Shown one piece after another: positions 1-13,319 of a DNA stretch of 64,000 nucleotides (position 1 is its first letter; each line of letters starts with the position of its first letter). A program made the position numbers and the translations under genes. The stretch comes from Mobula hypostoma (lineage: Eukaryota): NCBI RefSeq assembly GCF_963921235.1, contig NC_086097.1, positions 97,900,001-97,964,000 on the forward strand. Reading direction: 5' to 3'. The notes beneath the pieces are model-generated. The model did not search any database, had not been told where the DNA came from, and worked only from the letters and a program-made list of their open reading frames with translations.

Positions 1-503
1 TTACTACAGGAAGGATGTGGAAAGCACAGAAAGGGTGCAGAGGAGATTTACAAGGATGTTGCCTGGATTGGGGAGCATGCCTTATGAGCACAGGTTGAGT
101 GAACTTGACCTTTACTCCCTGGAGCAGTGGAGCATGAGAGGTGACCTGATAGAGGCGTACATGATAATGAGAGGCATTGATGGTGTGGATAGTCAGAGGC
201 TTTTTCCCAGGTCTGAAATGGCTAACACAAGTGGGCACAGTTTTAAGGTGCTTGGAAGTAGGTACAGAGGAGATGTCAGGAGTAAGTTTTTTTTTATGCA
301 GAGAGTGGTGAGTGCGTGGAATGGGCTGCCGGTGACTGTGGTGGAGGCCGATACAATCGGGTCTTTTAAGAGACTCTGGATAAGTATATGGAGCTTAGAT
401 AAATAGAGGGCTATGGGTAAGCCTAGGTAATTTCTAAAGTATATGTTCGGCACAGCTTTGCGGGCCGAAGGGCCTGTATTGTGCTGTAGGTTTTCTATAT
501 TTC
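1..503 (+). mobile_element. CR1 LINE 3' fragment
   Basis: ERVQRRFTRMLPGL...MRGDLIE...QRVVSAWNGLP C-terminus; ttctat-like tail. Confidence 0.88.
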
Positions 504-1957
504 ACCTTGATGGGCCAAATGGCCTAATTCTAAGTGGACCTAAAGGAATTTTTCAATGCTGTACTCCATGATATCAGAGATATGCTATTCAGTCCATTGT
601 GTCCATTCTAGCCCCTTGTAGAGCAATTTAATCAATCCCATTCCTTTACTTTTACCCTGTGACCCTGCAGAATATTTTCCATCAAGTGCCCACCAATCCT
701 ATTTAAAGCCCCCGGCAGATTCTGCTTCCATCGTTCTGCAGGCAGTGTGTTGTAGATTGTAACCTGTCCTGGCATGAAAATGCTTTTCCTCACATCTCCC
801 CGGTACCCTTCTGCGCCACAGCGCGGAGAACAGGAATCTTCCGGAAGTCGTTGCAACCTCAGTGAAGAATGTTAGAAACTCATGTCCTCAGTCACAACTG
901 GAACAAGGTTAAAGCAGCAAAGTAGACAACAAAACCAACTCCAGGTACGTTACTGGCGTTCAGTGTGACTACTCCGATTGGCAAGATGAGGAATAGTTCT
1001 GGCACTACATACATTCAAAACTTAAGTAGAAAATTTGGGTTCTGAAATCAGTGGTACAATTTCTACAGTTGTGTTCAGAATAATAGTATATCCAAGAAAG
1101 GAAGAACGTGATAAAATTCTGTAAGTTATTAAGAAGTCTGCAGAATGGGTGCCCAATTGACAAAATGAATTTCAATACAGACATCTGTAGGCAGGTTTAT
1201 GTTGATAAAAGCAGTATGAAAACCATGCTCTGCTTTGACAGGTGCAAGGGGCACGAAGGCAACTTCGGGTACAGATACACAAATTAGTATAGAGCCATGG
1301 AAGGTAATTCCACAAACTGACCATAAAAAAATTGCAATTTTACTTTTACAGTTACAAAATGGATTGAGATGGATCACAGCAGAACTGAGAATATATTGAG
1401 AGATTGTGGCTCCTAATCCTACTAAATAACTCGATGTGGGTGAAGGGCCTTGGCCAGGAACGTTGACTGTTTATTCATTTCCACCGGTGCTGCCTGACTG
1501 GTCGAGCTCCTCCAGCGTTTGTGTGTGTTACTGTGGAGTTCCAGCATCTTCCGAATCGCGTGTGTAAGATCTGAGTGAAGGACAGGTATGAGAGGCGACC
1601 CGTTACAGATCTGTAAAGGGTTTCATAGAAGGGATGTGGAAATAAATGTGTTTATTTACAGTGAATTCACAGAAAGGAATGCTGATAGAGAGCAAAGTAC
1701 AATGAGTGTTGCTTTGATCCCAGCACCTGCAGAGTATTTTGTGTTTACAATGTGGGATAAGTCTCCAGAGAAATGTAAATAGCAGTAAGAACTCACCTGG
1801 GCTAACCAGCCTATTTCAGTGTCTGCTCTCTACCTAACTAACCTCTCAATACTTAATTCTGTGGTCCTATACTTTATAGCTTACTGATTTAAATCATCAT
1901 TTCATCCAACTTCTACCCTCAAATTCTTCAAGGTTTCATACTGTCATGGTTTATTTA

Positions 1958-2200
1958 AAAAAAACATTTGGGAACAGCTTCTTCCCCTCTGCCATCCAAT
2001 TTTTAAATGAACAATGAACTCATGAACACCACCTCACTACTTTTATTCCTGTTTGTTTTCGTACTACTTATTTTAACTTAACTATTTAATAGACATATAT
2101 ACTTTCTGTAATTCAGTTTTTTTCTATATTGCATTGCACTGCTGCTGTGAAGTTAACAAATTTCACAACATATGCCTGTGATATTAAACCCAACTCTGAC
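1958..2200 (+). mobile_element. LINE (Rex1/L2-like) 3' tail fragment
   Basis: gaacagcttcttcccctctgccatc motif and AT-rich 3' UTR ending attaaacc. Confidence 0.55.
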
Positions 2201-2235
2201 AGTAAGTATGACAGATGGCCTTCTGACAAGCTAAC

Positions 2236-2358
2236 CTGTTCGTGGATGTAGGCTAATCCATCAAGGATTTCCCGGAAGAGCCTCCAAAGGCGGCTGGTGT
2301 CTTCATACAGTCCACGGTCGATTGTGTCTCGTAGAGTGCTTTTCTCGCAGTACTCCAT
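2236..2358 (-). CDS. EIF2AK4: GCN2 exon 15 (MEYCEKSTLRDTIDRGLYEDTSRLWRLFREILDGLAYIHEQ); gene continues beyond window start
   Basis: Near-identical to human hinge region; tttcag/ATG and CAG/gttagc; 123 nt. Confidence 0.97.
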
Positions 2359-2582
2359 CTGAAACAGCCAAGGAAATGCATGGTGGTAACACTGCAAGAT
2401 CAACACCACAGATTCAAGTCACTGGGCATTCCAAGAGATTATTTCTTCACCTGAAGTATATTCACAACTGCACCTCACTGGATCAGCAGAATTACTCATC
2501 TTTAAAGCTAAAACGGTACATGATCTTTACTTCATACTGTGCATAGATACACCTTACAAACACCTGATGTTTCCTCCTCCTT

Positions 2583-3133
2583 TCAGGGAGATGTGGACAA
2601 ACTGCTGTGGTCAAAGCCAACATAAAAGCCAAAGAGAGGGTATATAATAGGACAAAAATTAGTGAGAATTTGGAGGATTGGGAAGCTTTTAAACACCAAC
2701 AGAAGGTAACTAAAAGTAGTCATTAAGGAGGTCAAGATGGAATACAAAAGTAAGCTAACCAATAATATTAAAGAGGATACCAGGAGTTTCTTTAGATACA
2801 TAAAAGTGAACAAGTGACAGTGGATTTTGGACCGCTGAAAATGGTAGTAATGGGGGGGGGGCACAAGGAAATGGCAGATGAACTGATTAAGTATTTTGTA
2901 TCAATCTTTACTGTAGAAGACACTAGAAGTATGGTGGAAGTTCCACATGTCGAGGTCATGAGGTGGGTGAAGTTAACATTACTAGACAGAAGGTTCTTGT
3001 GAAATTGAAAGATGTGAAGATAGACAAGTCACCTGCACTAGGTGATGTACACCCCAGGCTTCTAAAAGAGGCAGCTGCAGAGATTGTGGAAGCATTAATA
3101 ATGATCTTTCAAGAATCAATTGATTCTGGAATG
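2583..3133 (+). mobile_element. CR1 ORF2 internal fragment
   Basis: KSPALGDVHPRLLKEAAAEIVEALIMIFQES (pre-RT motif). Confidence 0.8.
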
Positions 3134-3393
3134 GCAGGGGTTGGCATGGGTGCAGACACACCCAGCTCTGAGACAATTTGATTCAAAACAATTGGTTTAT
3201 TGATCATTACAGAATGTCTCTCTGGTGCTTCCCACTCCCTCACCTCTCCCTTTTCCAACCATGATTCCCTTCTCCTTGCCCCCTTCCCACTCTCAGTCCA
3301 CGATAGAGAACCATATCAGAGTCAGGTTTATCATCATTTATCATGAGATTTGTTGTATTTTTTTGTAGCAGCAGTACAGTGCAGCAGTTTTAC

Positions 3394-4622
3394 GCACCAT
3401 GACTAATCAAGAATCTAGCAACCTCTGCCTTAAATATACCCAGTAATTTGGCCCCACAGCTGCCTGTGGCAATGAATTCCACAGATTCAACGTTGTCTGG
3501 TTTTAAAAAAATTCTCATCTCCATTCTAAATGGATGTTTCTTATTCTAAGGCTGTCCCCTCTGGTCTTAGACCTCCCCACAAGAGAAAACATCATCTCCA
3601 AATCCTCTCCATACATCAATCGAGGCCTTACAACATTCAATAGGTTTCAGTGAGATCCACCCTCCCCCATTCTTCTGAATTCCAGGCCCAGTGTCATCAA
3701 ATGCTCCTCATGATAAGGTTTTCAATCCAAGAATCATTTAGTGAACTTCCTTTGAACCCTCTCCAATGTCAGTACATCTTTTCTCAGATAAGGGGCCCAA
3801 ACTGCTCACAATACTTCACATGCGGCCTCACCAGTGACTTACAAAGCCTCAATATTACATCCTAAATTTTATATTCTAGTCCTCTTGAAATGAATTCTAA
3901 CATTGTATTTACCTTCTTTACCACAGACTCAACTTACAAATTAATCTTTAGGGAATCTTGCACGAGGTCTCCCAAGTCCTTTTGCTCTTCAAAAATAGTC
4001 TAAGCTTTTATTTCTTCTACCAAAGTGCATGCCCGTACACTTCCCAACACTGTATTCCATCTGCCGCTTCTTTGGCCATTCTCCTAATCTGTCTCAGTCC
4101 TTTCTGCAGCCTCTCTGCTTCCTCAACACTACCTACCTTTATATCATCTGCAAATTTGGCCACAAAGCCATTGATTTTGTCATTCAAATCACTGACATAT
4201 AATGTAAGAAGCAGTTCGAACATAGACCCCTGTGGAACACCACTAGTCACCAAAAGCCAATCATAAGGGTTCCCTCCCTTTATTCTCACTCCTTGCCTCT
4301 TGCCAATCAGCCAATGCTCTGTACATGCTAGTATATTCCCTGTAATACACTGGGCTCTTGCTAAGCAGTCTCATGTATGGCATCTTGTCAAAGGCCTTCT
4401 GAAAATCCAAGTACACAACATCAACTGATTCTCCTTTGCCTATCCTGCTTGGTATTTCTTCAAAGAATTCCAAGAGTTTTGACAGGCAAGATTTTCCCTT
4501 AAGGAAACCATGCTGACTTTGGCCTATTTTATCATGTGCCTCCAAGTAACCCGAAACCACATCCTTAACAATCAACTCTAACATCTTGCCAGTCACGGAA
4601 GTCAGACTGACTCGTCTATAAT
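3394..4622 (-). mobile_element. CR1 RT 3' fragment
   Basis: QHGFLKGKSCL...VYLDFQKAFDK; SGVPQGS...KFADD. Confidence 0.88.
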
Positions 4623-6195
4623 TGGATACACAATCCAAGGTCCCTCTCCAAATATTCACCTATCTATTGTACATTCCCTTGCTTGCTGCACACCTCCTCA
4701 CAATCCCCAGAAAACCCACTTTTCCACCCAACTGGTCAGACCATCCATATCCTGCAGTCTATGGTTTTCCTCCTCACTAATTGGTAATTGGGTTGTTATG
4801 GTCAATGAAAAGTCTTTGTTTGTAGGCCATCTTTCTCGACAGAGTATTCCATACAGCGAAGTAGTACAAAATTAAAATCAAGGGTAACAAAATGCAGCAT
4901 TTTGTGTTACAGTTACAAAGAAAGTACAGTGTAGTTAGACAAATGAGGTGCAAAGGCCATGATGAGATCAGGACTTCACCCATATCATACAGAGGGGGGT
5001 GAGTATCTGGAATCTGCGGCCAAAGGATTTAAGGAGCTCTTGGATAGGCACAAGAATTAGATAAATTAGGTTTTTTAATTACTAGTTCAATTAGTTCAGC
5101 ACAACAGCATGTTAGTGGGAGAGGCATCTTTGATTACACTGGCTGCTTTCCCAAGGCAGTGAGAAGAGTAAACCGAGTCAGTCGAGGGAAATTGGCTTTG
5201 TGATAAACTTAGCTGTGTTCACAACTTTCTGCAATTTCTTGAGCACTTGGGCAGAGAAGTTGCCATACCAAGCTGTGATGCATCTGGATATGAAGTGCTC
5301 TGTGGTTTTAACTGAGCTGCCAATTTTTGAAATTTTCTCTTGTCAGCAAACTTATTGATCAAACTTCCTACTTCAAATCCGAACATATTTTACAAAAGGT
5401 GAAAGACTGAGTATGAAGCATGTGGAAACTCATGCCTGTTTCCTGCCAATAAGCCAAATTTGGATCCAATTTGCCACTCTCCCTTGATCCCAACAAGAAT
5501 TTTTTTTAAACAACCTTGCCAAAACCCTTACTAAAGCCCACATAGAAGGTATTAAACCCACCCACAGCTTCTTGTTACTTGCTCAAAAAAATGCAAACAA
5601 GTTTGCCAGAAGCAACCTTTCCTTAAATGGGTCCTGAAGTAGGGCATCAACCCAAAACGTTAACCATCCCTCTGTCTCCTCGGATGCTGCCTGACCCACT
5701 CAGCATCTCCAGCAGCTCTATTTGTGCTCCAGATCACAGCCTCTGCCGTCTCCTACGTCTGTGTTCTCTTAAATCCAAAATGACATCCCCATTAATCCAT
5801 AAATTTCTTAACCAAGGTTTACATCATTCCTCAGAATTGATCCCAATAATTTGACAACTACCACTAAACTTATTGGCCTGTAACTACTCCCTTTTTCAAC
5901 AGCACCACATTGAATACACATATTGAGCACAGCTTTATTATGAAGTAGACAAAACTATTTCTCTTTCCACAGATGCTGCCTGACCCAGTGATCATTTCCA
6001 GTATTTTCTGTTGTCAGCAAATCTGAATTAAGAAACAAACAGTAATAATCCGTGTTTATTTCAGATTTCCGACATCTGCACTTTTATTTTTTTAATTTTG
6101 TGTACTGAAGTACAACGCATTGGCACATTCAAATAGCACACCATGTAGGGTACCTGAATAAGAATGCAAATTCTGGATAGAATCAAATCAGTTAC

Positions 6196-6294
6196 CTGAA
6201 TATATAAATAGTGCACAGTCTGCGGCACCAGCACAATCTCTGCTTTCTCCACTCTCTCATTGCCTGGATCCTTCTTGCTTGTAGCTTCTCTACA
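6196..6294 (-). CDS. EIF2AK4: GCN2 exon 14 (...EIVLVPQTVHYLYIQ)
   Basis: VHYLYIQ motif; donor CAG/gtaact clear; acceptor ccgcag chosen because it keeps frame (99 nt). Confidence 0.88.
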
Positions 6295-6957
6295 CTGCGG
6301 GGTAATGAATGATCACAATGTATCATCACATTAGAAGTCACGTAGTCCAATTCGTTAGCAAAACAGAACACACTCACGCTGTTGTTAGGACAAGATGAAA
6401 AAGTATATACTTGCTGACAGACAAACATATTGAAGTAATTTCTTAGTCAAGTCACGATTCACACCTTAGCAAAGAAATACTGTGTTTGAGTTAGTAATGC
6501 CACGCTGTGGGTTACTTTGGATTTGTTCTTTACCATAAATTCTCAGATTTGGACTGTCAGCTTCATAACTGATTGTTCCCACTATATGTGGGTCCTCCAA
6601 GCCTCTGCTGCTCAGATACTGACCAGCCTTCCCTGGTTTTCGGGTGACTTATTGGTAAACTTTGTGGATGTTTACTTGATCAGCTAAGCAGCTGAGACAA
6701 TGCACTTATTGTTGTGGTATTATCGTATCCAGTAGGAAATGGCAGAACAGAATGCACACAAAAACTAACAGCAGTACACCACTCAGCTTTTCAAGCCCGC
6801 TCCACCATTCAATGAGATCATGACCCAAGTGTAACCTTGACTCCACATTTATATCTTCCTCCTGGATCTCCTCACCCTTTGCTAATTAATTCTATTTATC
6901 TCTACCTTAAAAACATTCAAAGAGTCTGCTTTGAGAAAGAGAGCTCCAAATATGTAT

Positions 6958-9900
6958 CTCTCTCTTCGTGTGCCTTGCGCGTTACGCGCTTGGGTGATCA
7001 TGGCTTCCCACATTGAACAATCCCACGCAGCAGCAATGATATCTCGTACACTTAGATCTGTTAGTTCTTTCACAGTGTCCATATATTTTCTTCTTTGCCT
7101 TCCTCTTCCGCTTTTCCCAGGCTTACGGCCTTGTAACGTAAGGCATTCTGTTTCTCCCTTTCTGATGACATGACCCAGGAATTTAAGTTTCCTCTCATTT
7201 AATGTTCTCATTAAAGATCTTTTTGTATGGGCACATTGGAGTACTGTCTCATTAGTTACCCTATCGCTATATGATATTTTCAGCATTCTTCTAAGAAACC
7301 ACATTTCTGTCACTTCTAGGTTTCTTCGGAGTTCTGGTGTTAAAGTCCATGTTTCGGAAGCATACAGCAAGATTGACCAGATGTAACATTTTAGTAGCCT
7401 AAGCCTTGTTGTCATAGAAATGTGTCTGTTGGTTAAAAAATGGGTTTCATTTTTTGGAAGTTGGTTTTGGCAATGGCAATTCTTCTTTTTATTTCTACTT
7501 TACTTCTAGCATCTTGTGATATAAAACTACCAAGGTAATCAAAGCTGGTTTTTTGTTCAATCTCTTGGTTACCGATGTACAATTGGCAGTTGGGAGTAAC
7601 CTGCTGTTTTGATATTACCATACATTTGGTTTTCTTACAGTTGATGGTTAGAGCAAAATCTGCACTTGTTTATACTACTTTATCTAGGAGGATTTGTAGG
7701 TCTTCTGCAGCACTTGCTATTAGGGTGGTATCGTCTGCATATCTTATATTGTTGATGTTAACACCTCCAATTTTTATCCCATCTAGGTCTTCTATTTCTC
7801 TGAGAATCATTTCATTATAGATACTAAAGTGAGGCAACAAATCCCTGTCTAACTCCTCTTTGAATCTTAGTCCAACTGCTTATATTATCAATTTTTACTG
7901 CCGCTGTTTGGTTCCAATATAAAATTCGAAGCAGTTGTTGGTCCTTTCCGTTAATGTTTAGCGAGAATTTGAAATAATTTTTCATGTTGCACTTTGTCGA
8001 ATGCTTTAATGATATCAAGAAAACATAAAAAGACATCACTTTGATATTCAAGTGCCCTTTCTGAAAGCATTCGTAGTATGAAAATTACATTCCAAGTTCC
8101 TCTATCCTCAATAAACCCATATTGCAGTTTAGAAGTTTCTGGTCTTAGCTTGTTTTTAATTCGACTCAGAACAATTCTCAACAAAATCTTTATTATGTGA
8201 CTCATAAGGCTGATTGTTCTATAATTTTTGCATTCAATAGCTCCAGGAATTTGTGGCAGAGTTATAAATACTGATTTCAACAGATCCTCAGGCAATACAC
8301 CAGACTCATATATGCCATTAAACAGTTCAAAAAGAATATCTATGCCCAGATCCTCTAGGGCTTGTATCGTTTCCATTGAAATTTCATCAGGTCCAGTGGC
8401 TTTGCCATGTTTCATGCTTTTCATTGCTTCAGTTATTTCTTTTTTCATAATAGGTGGGTCAGAATTAGGGTGTTTAATATCTGGGGGTTCCCCTCCATTA
8501 TTCTCAAACAGCTGCTCTATATACTGAATCCACCTCTCACATACTTTATCTGGATCTGTTAGTATGGATCCGTCTGCTGATCTTATGCATCCTGTAGAGG
8601 AGGTTTTCTTAATTCCAGTAATTTCCTTAATTTTCTTGTGCATTTCTTTGCTGTTGTTAATATGGCCTTCTACTTCATTGCATTTTTGATTCAGCCATTC
8701 TTCCTTTGCAATATTGTACAATTGTCTGGTCTGTCTGTCTAGCTCTCTGTATCGCACTTCATTCTTCACTAACCTTCGTTTCATCAGATCTAGAATTTCT
8801 TGGGTTATCCACCCCTTGTTGGTGTGTTGGATTTCTTGTACTGGGATTATCTCCTCTGCTGATTGCTGTTTAGCATATTTAAATCTGTCCCAAATAGGTG
8901 TTGTTTCGTTTTCATTGAGGTGTTCTTCTACAGCTGTTTTGAATTGTTGCTGAAGTATGCTATCATTTTTAAATTCTCCCAACATATACTTCTTCCTCTT
9001 TTTTCCACGTTTCAGTTTCTTTAATTTTGTTTTGATGGTAGCTATTACCGGATGGTGATCTGAACCACTGGATAGGCTTTAGAATTTGTGATATTATTTC
9101 TGAAGCATTCATTGATGGTAATGAAATCTATTTGATTCCTTGTTCTATCTCCAGGGCTAATCCAAGTACACAATCTACGTGGATGGTTTTTATACCAAGT
9201 ATTAGTGATCACTTGGTTGTTTCTGACATACCAATCTTTCTCCATTTTCATTATTCTCCCCTAATCCAAAAAGTCCTATCATGTTATCAACCCTTTCCTG
9301 TTCAACTTTGGAGTTAAAATCTCCCATGACTAATTTTATATCCTGAGATTTACACTGCTTATAAGCACTGTCAAGATCTTCATAAAACTTGCTGATATCC
9401 TCTTCATCCGCATCGTATGTTGGCACATAAACTTGGATTATGCTTATGTTAAAAGGGTTACCCCTTAATTTAACTAAAAGCAGCCGGTCGGATATCGCCC
9501 AATATCCCATACGACATTTTGATACTTGTTTGTTTAAAATAATTCCAACTCCATACATATGCTGTTGACCTCCAGAATACATTATCAGAGAAGCATTCTT
9601 AGTGAATTTGCCACAGTCGATCCATCTAATTTCTGACAGGCCTAAGATATCAACTTCCAACCTTTTCATTTCATTTAATGTGCTGCCCGACTTTCCTTTC
9701 TGGTAAAGCATATGGATGTTCCATGTTGCTACCCTTAAGGCTGATTTATACTTGTGCATCAAATGGACGCCGTAACCTACGCAAGTGGCTTACGCACGTT
9801 GTGAGCATTTATACTTGTGCGTTGGTGTGTCTGCATCGCTCTGCAATTCACGCACGTCGTGAAGGCGCACACACCTGCCCATGCAAGGTTTCATGGTCAT

Positions 9901-10829
9901 GGATCCCTATGCCGTAGCCTGACGTGCACCTCTCCCAAAATGTAACTACATGTCGCAGCAACACAGACCACAACAACTGTGATTGGTCTGCTTGGTAGCA
10001 TCGCATTTCCTCCTACGCTGCAACAGCTTCCCATTGGGCGACTGAAGGACAGGGAATGAAGTCTGGCTGCAATACTTTCCATAAAACTTTGCAGACCTCT
10101 GAAATTATGGAGGATACATTTCGCTTTTACGAGAAAAGACGCTCGCTTTAAGCTTGTTTACCCCGAGAGAGACTACCGTGACCACGAAGCCTTGCATGGG
10201 CAGATGTGTGTGCATGCTCAACGTGCATGAATTGCAGATGGTAAATCGATTTGACGCAGAAGTATAAATCAGCCTTTAGCCTTTCCCTATTGCTTACAGT
10301 CTCCGGACGACGGTCTGGTGTCACCTGTAGCACATGACTACCCCTACCGAGCAAGGTGTTGTTCTGTTGATTACAATCAACCCATTCACGCTGTTGTCTG
10401 GTTTCCTTCTTTTGTTTCTTTCCATGATTGACTAGGCAGAAATTTCAACAGTGGTTTGCCATTGCCTTCTGTTGCCACAGTGCTCATCTAACTAGAGCAT
10501 TTGACCTCTACTGCTGTTCCCCATTGGGAATCATACACTGGACGTCGCCCAACCTTTGCTGCCGTTGTACAAAGACAATCCTCCACCAAAGCTTGGAATC
10601 CATCTCCCTGCTGCCGGAGACTGCAGTGATTTTAGGTGACACCACCACCATTGGTCTGGTTATTTTTCTGGCGCCAAACACTCGCCATAGACAGAGCTCC
10701 TTCAGTGAGACAGGGTGCACCCGGACCTAAGTCCTACGTGAAGGCGGAGTTGTCCTGGGTGGTAGAAGCTATATAATCACTATTGGCATTTCCTGATATT
10801 TAGTCAGGACCCAACCACCCCGTACACTG
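6958..10829 (-). mobile_element. Full-length, disrupted RTE-clade LINE (APE endonuclease + RT), sense to the host gene
   Basis: RVATWN...EMKRLEVDILGLSEIRW (APE), CKNYRTISLMSH, KAFDKV, LLYASETWT, GRGRQRRKY; 12-bp TSD CCAAATATGTAT at 6946-6957 and 10830-10841; short GA tail. Confidence 0.92.
9738..10275. mobile_element. PIF/Harbinger-type MITE nested in the RTE
   Basis: TIR AGGCTGATTTATACTT...AAGTATAAATCAGCCT; TTA TSD (9735-9737, 10276-10278); removal restores RTE frame NRERL-RVATWN. Confidence 0.9.
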
Positions 10830-10900
10830 CCAAATATGTATAATGCACTGAAAATAAACTTCCTTTCATTCTACTTTATGCAGCCACTTTAGTTCTAGAT

Positions 10901-10961
10901 CAGGAGCTTCCAACCTTCCTATGTCACAGACCAATACCACGAACCAGGTTGGGAGCCACTG
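10901..10961. mobile_element. Tiny hAT (Charlie-like) MITE
   Basis: CAGG...CCAACC / GGTTGG...CTG ends; 8-bp TSD TTCTAGAT; relatives at about 29069-29134 and 59695-59774. Confidence 0.75.
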
Positions 10962-11759
10962 TTCTAGATTCTCCTACAGAAAGCCACTCCACACATCCAA
11001 GAACTCTCGAGAGCAAGATCCCCTCACTCTTCCAAATAAGCATCACCTATCCTACCTTTCTTCACATGATTAGCTGCCCATTCCAGAAATCTAATACACC
11101 TGCCTTCTGGAGAAAATAAACACTGAACAACTTGAAGCGTGGGCTAGCTCTGCTGAAAGAGTGTGGGACTCTACACACACAGTCTGAGGAGCACCAATGC
11201 TATGGATTAAATCATGGGAGGTTCTGGCAACTTTCTACATCTGCTGAGTAATTTCTGTCCTTCTTTGGAGTCAACAGCAAGTACATGCCAGGTCTGCACT
11301 GTGCTCCTTGTCCAACCACTGGCTAATGTTGTGCTCTGCTGTCCAGAACCCTCATACCTTCAGTTGTACTATTCCTCTTGTTAAACTTGCTCCTCTCCCA
11401 ACCCAGATTGCTCCACTGTGATCTCTTGCAATTTCTTTTTTTCTGTATCATGCCCCTTCACCTACCCAATCCCCCTGCACTGCGCTTTCCTCTCCCCCTC
11501 ATTCCTTGCAAATTCTTTCAATCTTCTTCCAGTGTTAGTAAGCCATTTTCAGAAAATCCAGGGCATATGCAGCAGGGATCCTCAACAGACTGGAGGAACG
11601 ACACAAATTCAGGAAATTACTGTATCCTGTCTGAATTCCAGTTGCTGGTCTCTGCCAACTTAGACACTACTGTGGCATACAAGTTAACCAATGGAAAGTG
11701 TAAGACTACTGGAAAGAGCAAATGCAAATCAGATCAAATAAATTAAGCATTAAGTGGCT

Positions 11760-11950
11760 TTGCAAAATCTGCAGATGCTGGAAATCCAAAGCAACACATA
11801 CAAAATGCTGTAGGAACTCAGCAGGCCAGGCAGCATCTCTGGGAAAAAAAGTACAGTTGATGTTCAAAGGGTCTCAGTTCAAAACTTCCACTGTACTTTT
11901 TTTCCCCACAGTTGCTGCCTGGCCTGCTGAATTCCTCCAACATTTCGTGT
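11760..11950. mobile_element. Penelope-derived inverted (foldback) mini-element
   Basis: gaactcagcaggccaggcagc / gctgcctggcctgctgaattc arms; similar units at 12222-12397, 24897-25060 and 39075-39190. Confidence 0.65.
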
Positions 11951-13319
11951 AATGTAAAGTGAACGAATGAATGTTAAAGAGAGTACAGGTGTGAAATACT
12001 TCATTACATGTTAAGTAGATAAAGTGCAGAGAGCAAGCAGGATTTATAGTGGCACTTAATTATAAAAAGAAGCTTTATAAAACACCAGTTAGCCCCCCAG
12101 CAACAGTAATGTGTCACACTTTAGGAAGGATAACAGGGCCTTGGAAGAGCACAATGAGATTCAGACTGGTATCCACACAGAAAGGTATATAGAGAGACTG
12201 GAATAACAGGTCCTCTTCTCTCAACACACATAAAATGCTGGAGGAACTCAGCAAGCCAGGCAGCATCTATGGAAAAGAGTACAGTCAACATTTTGGGCCA
12301 ACACCCTTCATCCGGGCTGCTGGCCTGCTGAGTTCCTCCAGCATTTTGTATGCGTTGCTTGCATTTCCAGCATCTGCAGATTGTCTCTTGCTTGTGATCA
12401 ATCCTGTTCTCTGCAGCTTAGAATCATTGGAGGAATTTTTTTAAAAAACATTTAAAATAACTGAGGTTTTGACAGATCAAGGCTGAGGAACCACTTCCAA
12501 TGATAGAGCCATATGACAGATATATGCCAATTTGCAAAAGAAAAAATCAATATCTGAATTGAGCACCACCTTGCAAAGCAAGCTATTAACAGCCAAAAGT
12601 GTGGTTAAAAATAGATTCAACAGTATCTTAAAAATGGAAATTAGAATATATAGTTGAAAAGAAGAAATTTGCAGGAATACAAAGGAAATGCAAATGAAAT
12701 GGAGCACATTGGATTGTTGTTTCAAATAAGCACAACTGATCCAATGCACAGACTTTCTGTCGTATGGCTGCACAGAGTTGTTAACTTAAACCAAAACATC
12801 CGACATCCTGAAAGCCACTGGAATCTGGTTACGTGGGAAACTGATTGCACATCAATGCAGTTTTACAGACCCAGCATTCTGCACAACCACTAAGCATTAT
12901 CCACCTCCCTATATCCACATACCAGTTCAGAAGGGAATGAGAAGAAGTCAATGGATCCAAAGCCCTAAAGAAGAGAGACACCATTATAACAGAGCGCCCA
13001 GTGGGCACAAAATGCAGAAATGGAATTCCAGATCTAAGAAATCTACTTCTATGAGCAACAGCGTCAGCCAAGCTCACTGTCTTCCAGCACTGCGCTTGAC
13101 ATCGTTTCCCAGCAAATGGCCAGCAGCAGTCCCTTTAAAGGCTGGGGCTACCTGTAATTAAGACAACTGGCAATGCATCTGGTGTAGGCAGACCTATAAA
13201 GCCTCAAAGTAAACCCATTCATGGTAGTAAAGACACACCTTCCAGTGAACGAACGCTGCAACTCTTTGCCTGTTTAGCACTTCCCTCATCTATCCCTATC
13301 ATAGGCATCAAATATCATT

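Noticed and set aside
1..2235. EIF2AK4 exon 16 (HRDLKP...DFG)
   Set aside because: Not found on the minus strand; presumably lies beyond the window
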